This document shows, one piece after another, positions 1 through 12,000 of a stretch of DNA of 64,000 nucleotides. Where the stretch lies: assembly GCF_003704095.1 (NCBI RefSeq), contig NW_020846006.1, positions 124,001-188,000 of the forward strand, given 5' to 3'. A model generated the notes under the pieces. It did no database searches, was not told the DNA's origin, and was given only the letters and a program-made list of their open reading frames with translations. The translations under genes were made by a program, and so were the position numbers. The DNA is from Pocillopora damicornis (Eukaryota). How positions within the stretch are numbered: position 1 is the first letter of the stretch; each line of letters begins with the position of its first letter.

Positions 1-3000
1 ATAAAAGTTTGTTATTGTGGAAAACAACACCGGGAGGTGTTTTGTGGAGCAGGTAAGGATTGTAGTGAAGACTTCTTTGTTATTACTTTTGTATTACTAT
101 AAAGGGTATGTAAGCTCCAGTCTCAGCCAAATAAATCTACATGATTAAAACCATGGATAAAACTTAAAACTTGTGCCAGGTTGTGCCAGGTGGTTCAGCA
201 TGATTATAAAATGGTGGAATCTCTAGTTGAATTTCAAATGCATTGGAGAACAATTTTCAAAAGGTTTGGTTTCTCCTTAAAATTTCAATTTCATGCTTTT
301 CCTGTAAGGTTATTTTTTTTCAAAGTTTTTTCAAGAATTGTTGGTATTTTCTTGTACTGATATTTTTATCAACTTCTTAGGTGTATACACACGTGTATTA
401 AGATCTTTTTTATGACCACCCCACCTGTATGATCACACTGTTACAGTGCGAACTATGTCACTAAATTTTGTAAAGTTTAACTAAAAACAAGTGACATTTA
501 AGTGCAGTTTCTAAAATGTTCTTGCTGTCTGAAAAAAAAGGTCTTTAATTTACAAAATAAGGTAAACCAAGAAAAAAAATTACATGGGACCACTGTGTAG
601 TAAAAGAAGACTTAAAATTACATTAGTTAGCTCATGCAAGCTAAAGTTTGAGAATTTTAAAAGCAACCTGTGATATGTCCCTCCCCTAACTTTTAGTGTA
701 GAGCAAATCTTAAAATTGTAGGCTCAAAGGGTTAAGGAGTAAAAAGTGGAGTATTAAGAAGAAGTGGAGGGTCATAGGGTTGTGTGATATTCATTTTGTT
801 TTCCAAATGCTTGTGGCTGTTATTTTCCTGCATTTGCATTCTGAGGCACCTCTTGGGTGGCCATAGACTGTTAAAAACTGTTAGCTGTCTATATTAGATA
901 GGTGTTCACCTTGCCTTACCCTTTTCAGCTTTGTGGGATGCATTTTGATTTGTTTGTTATTATACAATAGGTGTACCTGACAATGAGGATCTGGAAGCAA
1001 AATCAGGATGTTTCTCTTGCCAAGACAAGTGCTTAAGGTGAAAATTAAATCATTCATTTCATTTACAACTTGATAGTTCTTATGAAAAGAAGGGAAAATG
1101 AAACCTTAAGAAAGAGATTCAAGGGTTAAGTAATCTTGCATACTATCAGCAGGGAAGAGAGTGTTGAACACAGCCATGCCTACAGAGCAGGAGTATGAAG
1201 CCTTGTGCTGCTGTTTATAAAGCATGGAAAATTAAAAAAATGTTGTATTTCCTCATTCCAAGCTAAAATTTAGTTCAAGGAATGCTCAATATCAGCATAC
1301 ACAAATACAACTTTTATAAATTGTCATGATCATTCTTCAACAAAATTAAAAAAAAGAGAAAATACTTCTCCTACTTATAGTATTGATGATTGTCTGGATT
1401 TCAACTACATAATGCTGCATTTCACCTGAAGAAAACTTACAGTAAACAGTTGAAACAACATGATCCATATCAGAAGTGATAAACTTGTAAGACAAACGAT
1501 TTTGCTTCATATACAAGCTTATTCCCACAATGAATAATCACATCCTTTTTAATCAAGTTGTCACCAACTGCTATAGAGGGAATAAGAAAGAAAGCTGTTG
1601 TTTTCCATAAGTTAATTTTGAAAAGTTAAAGATGTATAAATATTTTTCGTATCAATAACAAAATGAATTATTCTCAGCGTAATTTTCTTAAATAGTTTTG
1701 TTCATACTATGCTTATACAAGCATCACTCATACTTGTAGGTGGTTGCAGGTAAGTGAATTGTGTGACTCTTCTTTGGACAATGCATTACAGTAACTTGCA
1801 TTTATTGTCTTCAGAACCTGTAAGATTTAGGCTTTTGTAATAAGCCACAATAACCATGCTGTTTTGTTGCTGTTTTATGAGCATGCTGTATCCCAGATTT
1901 TTAACCCCATTTTATTACAAAAATCAATGGTGCAGCTAATGAATGAGTTGCCAGGAAGCAGATCATTTTATTGGCACAAATATTTCTGGGATTGCTTCAG
2001 GGCAAACATTGCAACTCACTCACTGTATGGTGAAAGGTTTTCCCAACATCTCAACTATCAGTTTTTGAGGGAGATCGTTGCTTTTTTAGAAGCATAAGTT
2101 TTTGTTTAAACAACCTTGAAATATGAAATAAAATCTACTGATTGACTCTTCTCCATCAACAAGGATTATTGTGAAACTGATTGGGTAATAGTCTCAAAAT
2201 TTAATAAATGAGCTATAAATGACCAAGAAATAACTCAACAAGGTCTTTAAGTTTTTTTAACATGTGTTAAGTCTACGTTCAGAATTTTTCTTGGTTTGGT
2301 TATACAAAAGAGCACTATGGTGATACATAAAAGTAATTAAACACCTTCATTGCTTCTTCACAGCTTCTTCATTGTGATCAATAAGAACAAACCAAATTTG
2401 ATAGGTGGCCTTGGTTGACATGTCGGCCGATATATCGGTCGACTGTCAAGGTACTTATTGACTGACTATCGGTGGACAGTCGACCGACTATTGGTCGATA
2501 GTCGACCAATATTTGACTGATACTTGACCGATACTTGACCGATACTTGACCGATACTTGACCGATACTTGACCGATACTTGACCGATACTTGACCGATAC
2601 TTGACCGATACTTGGCCGATACTTGACTGATACTTGACCGATACTTGACCGATACTTGACTGATACTTCACCGGCAGTTTATTGCTACATATCAGCCGAT
2701 GCATCGGCTGTCAGTCGGTTGATATATTGGTCGACTACCGATCAACTATCGACCGACTATCGACGGACTATCAACCGACTATCAGTTGATAGTTGACCCA
2801 AAGTCGACCGATATATCAGTTGACTGTCAGCCGATATGTCGACCAAGGCCACCTATAGTACACACGATCCACCTTTTCTTGTGCAACAATGAGGAGCTTC
2901 AAATGGGTTACTTAGGGGTGATGCACAACTGAATATATGTCCATAATTTCTGCTGGAGTTCTTATGATCTTGCTTTTCCTTTCCTAACTCCAAGGAGTAA

Positions 3001-6000
3001 GAGGAGAAAAAGTTGCAGCTCAAAAACTTCTGGATTTTTCTCAAACAAACTGTCACTTGACCAAGGGATTTCCTTGTGTTTTTCATCACTTATATTATCC
3101 TGCCAGAGAGCAACAGCTGGGTGAAAACAATTTACATCTCCACTGACAATGACTTCTCTCTTTTGAGGAGGTATATTTTCAGACATTGTTATTAGTTTAT
3201 TTGATATGTTAACAAGTATGAAGACAGGCTTTGCATACTCAAGTACAACTGAAAAGACTCCAATGAGTTATTTTGTAGTGATTTGTGGCTGATTTTGTAA
3301 TATTCAAGATCATTATGTGTTGGTGATTTCACAATGGACCGACCTTATTCAGGAGAGAAGTTTATATGTATAATTTTTAATATATTTCGTGGTAACTGTG
3401 ACAAAAATAAACACTTCCCTCTTATCAACATAATCTTACCTATTTGTGATAAAACTGTGGCAAGAAAAAGTTCTCCAAAATGTTTTTTTGGATGTCCAAA
3501 TAACATCTTGCCATATATCTAGCAACTTGCAATTTTTGCTCTGTGGCAATCCCAGAAACTTTGTGCAAACGCAAGGATCTGATTACTGGCAACTCATTCA
3601 CTTATTGGTGATGTAAATTGTTAGTCTCATGATTGTCTTGTATTATTTAAGGACCCTTGATTGTGGTAACCATAACTGTCAAAATGTTTGTCATATTGGA
3701 GTTTGTAAAGAATGTCTGCTGAAGCCATCAATTTTAACAAGTTGTCCATGTGGAAAAACTCCTGTTTTTGATTTGCTTGGTGGTCATGATGTCAGAAAAT
3801 CCTGCTTAGATCCAGTGCCAACCTGCAAATTGATGTGTGGGAAGGTTCTTCCTTGCAGTCCATCCAAAGGTATTTTGGCAAGACCTTGATTCTTGACAAG
3901 ATCCATGAGGATTTGCATATTGTGTATTTTAACTAGTTTTGAGTAGTGTTTCATGAAAAAATCTTCAATAGAATTCCTTATTTATTAAGTGGCTAAGCTC
4001 AAAATGTAGTTTATTTCTTAAGGTGAATGGCTCTATACAGAATTCTTAAAAGTTAACTTGTGCTCTTCACAGTCCTACAACTTTCACATGTGTTGGTACA
4101 TGGTAAACTGTCACTGCAATAGTTAGCTTTTAACAATTACATCATTAAAGGGAAATTACACCATGAAATTGTATGTAATATACAACTTATTACATAACAA
4201 TGTTGACTGCTTGTCCTTAATCCCAAGGTACTTGAGAAGACAGTGATACAACAAGAACATAGTTTACAATGTTCTGGTAACATATTAAGATCAACTTGTT
4301 TAAAAATTGTTTTCAAATACCCAGTGCTATAAAAGGTTTTCTCCTGTTTCACAGATCTGTCATCTGCGGAAGGCAGAGGAGGCAAAACCACCAAAGAGCA
4401 CTGCTGTAAAATGCAATGTCATCTAGGTGAGTGTGGTCCTTGTGATGGAAGGACAAAAGTCAAGTGTAGATGTGGTACAAATTCCAAGGTAAGTAACAAT
4501 CAGCAAAGTAGGTCTTACCTAAACAAACTGAATTATTGCAACTGGTCCTTCCTCTAACAATAGCATGGTATGATTTTGTGAGATATGTCTCTACTGTGGC
4601 CACAATGATACCACCTTGAATTAAAATAATAATGTCTCAAATATTTGATTTGGAATTCCTGCAGTATGTTGTAATTATCTCAGAATTTAAAATGACCTAA
4701 TTTCTCCCCTTTTCATATCTACCAAGTTCTGTCCTCACAAGAGGCTTAAAGGCTTACTAAAGTTCTGTTCAAAGTATCCTTAAATGTTTACATAATGACT
4801 GGGATCTCGTACAGATCATTTTCTTGTAATCAGGATAATCAGCAATTGGTGAATGGAGTTTCAAAATGCATGACAGCTTGCTGATGCAGATATAACTCTT
4901 GTGACGTTCATTTCATTTGCAAGAAATTTGTCCTCTATACTGAAAGAGAATGTTGTAGAAACTGATGTACTCACTGTGTCTTCTTGACTAAATATATTTT
5001 TCCAAATATTTCATCATTAAATTTGTTCTTAATTTACAACTTTGTAGAACCATGTTGGATATAATTACTTTCTTTCAGGTCATACTGATAGTGACTGCAA
5101 GAAAAACCAAAAAAGTGAATGATTTGAAAAATTTTTAATCGAGAAAATAATCAATCCACATTTGTTTGTATGTTGCAGAAGGCAATTTTTCTGGCCAAAA
5201 CTGTTCTTACTAAAAAAGAAACAGGAGTATTAACATCCGTGTCCCCCTGAAATAACCACCTCACTGCAACAGACAATTCTTTTTGTCCCAGGGTGAGTGT
5301 TGTGGTGAGGTGCAAGTGTATTTCCAGTGTAACATTCTGGATGTGTTCTTTTTCCTTCCACAGGAGATCCCTTGCTCAGAGATAAACTTTGAAGGTAATT
5401 TTATAATGAAAACTGCACACTGTAGACATGCTCAAAGGCTCTGTTTTGTGTATTGCTTAGTTGTCAATTTTTTTTTAAGTACTTTTCAAAACTGATTGAA
5501 CAAGGTGTCTGAAGTTTGCAACTTGGACCTGAATAATGTCTTAAGTTTATTACTACCAGATATCACCTAAATCTAAATGAATTTTTAACAAAACTAGGTC
5601 TTACAAGACTTACTTTCTCCCCTCATGTCAAAAAAAAAAAGAATATACCTGTGACCAACGCTGTAACAAGAAAAGACAATGTGGACGACACAGGTGTAAC
5701 AAGAAATGCTGTGGGGTAAGTGCTTGAGATTATTCTAAAGGATAGTGATTCACTATTGTACTCATTTCAGCAACAAATAGTCAATTTTTCTGTGAGATTT
5801 TACTAAGCAACCTGACAAGTTTTTCGCAATTTATGTCTCTAATTAAATTGCTAGCTCAACAGTCTCTGTTATGTATAACACATAATACCCAACTTAAACT
5901 GTTCCCCTAGAAAAAGTATTTTGTGCTTAGCTGGTAGTGTTTTTGGGCACTTATGGACTTGAAGGCAAGAAAGGGAAAAAAAAGGTTCAAGTTTGCAGTT

Positions 6001-9000
6001 TTCAATTCCTATACCTTTTGTGACTCTACGACTTATTTGTGTAGCCCTTTTGATCAAATGTCCCTCAGCTCTGCAGACTATGGTAAGGAGGATCATATCA
6101 TTCAGTAAAGTGTTTATTTTTATCATAATTTTTGTTTTGTGTTATGACAGACAGACATGATTATTTGGAGTGAATCATTAAATGTATTTCAGTATTTTAC
6201 AAATGAGTACAAGTGAATGCCATGCACTGTCTCATGTAGGTATGTGTTTTCTTAAACACCATTTGCATTAACTTGGCTGTGTTCTTATTCCTTAAGGATG
6301 TGGAACACAAGTGTGAGTTTATTTGTGGTAAAAAGCTGCAATGTGGTCTTCATCAATGCCCAGAACCTTGTCACCCTGCTGGTTATTGTCCACCTTGCTT
6401 GATGTCAGGTAGCAGTCTTCTTACCTCATGAGTTTGTGTTACCCCAGCCTTGTTACTGTCCAAAAAAAAACAACAATCATTTTTGTCAACAGAGGACATC
6501 AGTTAGAAAAAATTTGCCATATTTGTAAAACTGGCACATCTGCATATTAAAAAAGACAACTCAATAGACCAATGGGGGATAATGTTATCCAATGGAAAAA
6601 TCACTATCTACCAGCTAGAGATTTATCCAGAGGATAGCATGCTCCACCCTTCGGACAACTATGGCCAATAGGAAATGCTACTTAAGATCTAAACTGTTGA
6701 TAGTACAGAGCGATTGTCCAATCAATGACTTACCCAATAGTCAGTGATGTTTCAACAACCTTACCAGAATTCACCTTCAGAGGTAGAACAGGATAACCTG
6801 CAATTCAGTAATTCAGCTTGAATGTAGAATTTTGTGATTTTAACAGCTCTTCAGGCAGATATTTAAAGAACTCTACCATTCTTGGTGTGTGCAATCATTG
6901 AACATTAGACAGGGAAGTGTAAATAAGCAAGGTTTTGGATTGTCTTATGTGTATTACCTCTTTCACCCTTTGTGTGTAGAGATTGGAATCACATTGAGTA
7001 AACTTCACTTTGTTCCAGAGCAAGTGGTGTTCCGACATGCTGAAACAGTGGAGGTCTATTTTTTTGCAAGTAGTTTATCCTTGTCTTGCTCTTTGATTCT
7101 CTCTTTTCCAATCTTGTCAATGTAGACCTTGCTGCACTCACAGAGCATCCTTTAAACCAAGTATCCTTTGGTCACCTATTTGGTGTGATAGTAGCATGGT
7201 CTTTGACTAAAAAAACTGCCTGTTGAAAGTGTTTCTTACTATGTGATGTTGCCATCATTCTGGATTTGTGACTTGTTGGAAGCTTTCAAGCAAACAACTC
7301 AATATCTTTTAGAGTTCTTTCAGTTGGAAAATGTAGTTGCTGTAGACAGTTCCAAATTTGTTCGGAAAGACCTTTGACATAGGGCAGGACTGGGGTGGAT
7401 CTCAACTCAGTGGAGGGTTCAATGCTGTGGTAGGTGTCTTGGCTATGTTACCCTCTGCATGAAAGAGGAAGGATAACCGTTGGAAACAACATATGATGAC
7501 AGATGTTTCTTCTCCATAAAGATAATGGAGGGTTTTGATTGGAGACATTTAGCACGCTCGTAGATACTTGATAATACTGTGCTTTACTGATTGTGGATGG
7601 TATGAGTTATGGGCTTAGTAGTGGTAAGTATGTTATCTTCCTGTTTATGCCAGTGGGTAGCCATCCATCAGGTTCTCTTTTAACTGCATTGTGAAGGAAG
7701 GTGGCTCTGTTGCTGTTTTCTTTTTCCATAGTGAAAAAAATTGAAGGCTGTCAGTTTAAAATCTGTAGGAAGCTTTCTATGCTCTCACATGCCAAGATGA
7801 TAAAGGTGTTGTCTATGTAGTGCTTCCAAATCCTGGGGGGATGATGTTACTGCTTGTTCTTCAAACCTCTTCATGTAGAGGATAGCAACAACAGTGGAAA
7901 CCAGACCCCTATGACTGTGCCTTCTGTCTGTTTATAAATTGATCCATTGTACTGGAAGTACATACATATCAATACAAACTTGAGGAGATCCATGATCTAA
8001 GTGTTGTTATGCAGTTGGGTAAAATATAATCATTTTCAAGTTCCTGCAGAGCTGCTTGTACAACTGTGTTGATTGTAATATTTGTAAACAATCATTCTAT
8101 GTCAAAGGCAGTGTTTTCAATGACCCACCACCCACCAGAGCTCTGGAGGGTATTCTATTGGGAATCCTTGGGTGTACTTTGCCACATCCAAGTCAAATTT
8201 ACAGAACAGAAAAATAACAAAATAATGTAGAAAATAATAGTCAATTTAGTATTAGAGCATTCATCTGATTTGTTTTTCAATTTCTGTGGTCTTTGACTTT
8301 TAGATCTATTCTTGTACTGGCACCTTTCTTTTTCTGTTTATTTGGCGTGTTGTACATAAATCCAGATGTACACATCATCAGTTACGTAAGATAATTTTCA
8401 AACGACTTTGTGCTGAACTAAAATCATCAAATATTTTTGAACAATAAAACAACGGCAATTCTTCCTCTTTCCATGTTAGTAAATGAACTTGAAACCAAAG
8501 TTGTTAAAATAGCGCGCTTGTTGATAGCACACGCAAATCAACTTGTTTGCAAAGATCTTACATTTGCATAAAAATTGCTTAATGAAAAACAGCTATTGAT
8601 CCCTTATCATCTAGTGAAGAAAACCATGATCTTATGGTTACTGGTTAGCCAGAACATGAGTGAACAAATGACTTTTCATGATTTTTGTGAAGCAGTTAGC
8701 AGCTTGACAGAATTCACTGTCATATATCTTTTATTTCACCCAGTAAAAGGAAAAAAAACAAAGACAAAACTTGCAATCACAAGAAACGTGTTCTGTGTTT
8801 CCAGGCAGGTGGGAGACTGGAGGTTTGTTTCAAATTACAAGCAGAAGACTCTGTTATCAAAGATCATAGCGTAACTATGCAAATACTTTGAGCAACTGCA
8901 ACTCAGAGTGATGTACAAGTAGAAAAATAGAAAAGAAGCTGGCATGGCTAGGCAAAGGAGGGTCTGGAACATTGGGTAGAAAATGGAGAACAAGTTTGGA

Positions 9001-12000
9001 CAGAAATTTGATGCACACAGGATATCGTCTTGGGTTGTTTTGATCAACTGCCTGTTGAAAGTGTTTTGTATCATGCAATGTTGGAAGGCTACCACCATTC
9101 TGGATATGTGACTTTTTGGAACCTTTCAAGCAAACAACCCAAGATCTTTTAGAGTTCTTTTAGTCAACTTCTACCTTATTACATAAGTTTTGATAAAAAT
9201 GAGTGATATTGTCTCATCGTATACCACATTTCCAGCAGAAAAAGATTTTGAATTTCCAAGATATTTATACTGACTCAGATTTTGGTAACCAGTAGCCATA
9301 TGTCCTCTTAGAGAGGAATTAAGTGTGCAACTCTGGCAGAAAGTTTGCATGTCAACAAAAAGAAGGTTTTGATCCAATGTTTAATGACCATTTACCAAAG
9401 TTTAACACAAAAAATGCCATTTGAAGCCAGTTTTTACTGAATGGAGCTAATGGGTTATTGAGAGGGGAATTTTTTCATATTATTCTCTTGCAAGTGCTTT
9501 ACTGAGGTAGCCACTGACTTCAAATCTTATTGAAAGCACTGCAAAGGACTCCATGATCTTGCTTTCTTGAGTCGTTTCACCACTGATGATAGGCACAAAG
9601 TGGGCTGGGTTGAGCACTGAAAAGTCTGAGTTACCTGTTAGCAGAAATAAGAGGTTAGCCGAATGAGCAGACAAATCATGTGCTAAAGTGTTCACACACG
9701 ACACATTTGGTCTCAGTATACTGCCTTGATTTATCTTTGGTAAACCATCTTGGTCTGATAGGTGTGAGCATTTAAGACTACATTAGGAAGACTGCATCAT
9801 TTCCTTCATGATGTATGGGTCACACATGCTTAACACAAGTCACACTTCCGTAGTGGCCTCATTTATGAGACAAACAATGACATTTCTCTCTTGAAAGTCT
9901 TTGGATGTGTACAGAAGCTGTGGGAATTGGGTCCTTGTTGCAGGAAGTGTGTGTCTAAATGCTGAAAATTGACCAATAACAAACGACTCTATCATTGTGA
10001 GCGAAGATAAACAAGTTTACAATACCATGAACACTTTCTTACATTTTCATGATAACAAACCTTTTCAACACTTTCTGGTGGCCAATTTACTTAATCAACT
10101 CTATTGATAATGTTAAATTACCCTTTCAATAAGATACATAACTAAAAATTTGCTAGCTGACTTTTAAGTTTCTGAAACTCTAAGTCCCTTTTTTCAGGCT
10201 TTGACGAATTAAAATGTTATTGTGGAGCTACAGTTTTGTACCCACCAATCCCATGTGGAACTACACCTCCTGAGTGTGACAAGCCTTGCTCAAGGATTCA
10301 TACTTGTCACCATCCAGGTATGATAGCTATTCACATATATAGTTTGCAGGTTGAAGGTTATTTCACCCGAAAGCGTTCTTTATCTCATTGGCAAAGAATT
10401 TTATACACACTTTCCCTTCCCACAGTTTATTTTAGAATCACAAAAGGGCTTAAACACAAGCAATAGTGCAGAGTGCTACTGTTGTATATACTCTATGGTA
10501 TGGTAGACCTTTCAAAACAAATTATTTTGAATACATGCAAATAACAGAGAAGGAGGCAAGCACGACAACAGTTGAATTAAACAAGAAGGAGAGTGGTGAT
10601 GTTAATTGGAAACTGTAAGCAAAAGGCAAGTACCTAAGTTGCCCAAGTATTGTAGTCATAAATGAAATATAAGAAAATCAAGAGTGTTTTCTGTAATATA
10701 CTTTTATTTTGATCATTAGTGAATCATACATGCCACAGTGAAGAAACGTGCCCTCCTTGCACAATATTGACCAAGAAAAAATGTATGGGAGACCATGAGG
10801 TACTGTTGGCCTGTATGTTCACAATACCAAAGCTTCCTGTTGTGGTTTGTTGGCATAATGCTTGAGAATTGCTTGTATAAGACCCAATCTTATTGAGGGT
10901 TGATTTCAAAATGACGCAAGTTGTCCAGACTTGTAGCCAGGATGCAACAATTAAATAAACAAAAAATTTATTCAGTGATCATGAGAGTGGGTTAAAGAAA
11001 ATTTTGGAGTCTCCCTCCTGGTTTAAAACCTCAGACCTTCAAATCGGAATGCTAATGCTCTTCCAGTCAGAAAGGTCAGTTTATAACCATTTTATTTAGA
11101 CCTTGTTAAGCAGTTGGACCATTTTAAGGTGGCGCTGGAGGCTAATTTGGGTTAATTTGGCCATCTTTTGCTCCGTTTTGAAAAATTTCAAGGGGTCTAA
11201 GACTAACCAAAATAACCCAAGTAAGTCAGTTTTAACCAGTTAGGATCAATTTAATTTGTTTCACCATGTTAACTGGTTGCATCATTTTAACGAGTTGGAC
11301 CATTTTCTCTGGTTACACCATTTACTACGAGTTGGACCATTTTATCTTGTTAGATCATTTTCTCTTGTTAGACCATTTAAACCAAATTAAACATTTTAAC
11401 CAGTTAGACCATATCTTCTGGTTAGGTCGTTTTAACAAGTTGGACCATTTTAATTGCTCTAACTATTTTCACCAGTGGTATCACTTTAACAAGTTAGACT
11501 ATTTTCTCTAGTTAGACCATTTTATCCAGTTGGACCATTTTAATCAGCTGGATATTTATAACAAGTTGAACCATTTGTTTTGTAAATTAGACCATTTGAA
11601 TTGGTTGGACCTTTCTATGTAGTTAGACAATTTTCACTGGTATAACCATTTTATTTAGTAAGACCATTTTAAGTGTTTTGAGTATTTTATTAAGTTGTCA
11701 TTCTATCCGGATGGACCATTTTCTCTAATTAGGCCATTTTTACCAGTTGAACTATTTTCTCTAATTAGACAATTTTCTCTAATATGACCCTTTTCATATG
11801 TTCCACCATTCTATCTTGTTTCACCATTTTATAAAAATACCCCATTTTATCTTATTACCCTACTTTAACCAACTGGACCATTCTAACAAGTTGAATCTTT
11901 TTTCCTAGTCAGGCCAGTGTAAATAGTTCAACCAATTACCCTAGTTAGAGCATTTAAGTGGCTGGACCATTCTATCTAGTAAGACCATTTCTATTGTTTG

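Larger units (their letters stand above)
2290..3186 (-). pseudogene. Degenerate OTU-like cysteine protease fragment, probably transposon-borne, split by a MITE
   Basis: Minus-strand translation [17 protein letters not shown] resembles the OTU catalytic loop GDGNC(F/L)(Y/F)RA. It continues frameshifted as HIFSCASPL, and LITFMYHH lies on the far side of the MITE. Stops and frameshifts are present; it lies in NFX1 intron 2. Confidence 0.5.

Noticed and set aside
2378-2704. 108-aa ORF with [11 protein letters not shown] repeats
   Set aside because: Translation artefact of the 11-bp tandem repeat inside a MITE.
11266-11511. ORF with LDHF hexapeptide repeats
   Set aside because: Product of the 18-bp minisatellite; the frame is broken by stops throughout the array.
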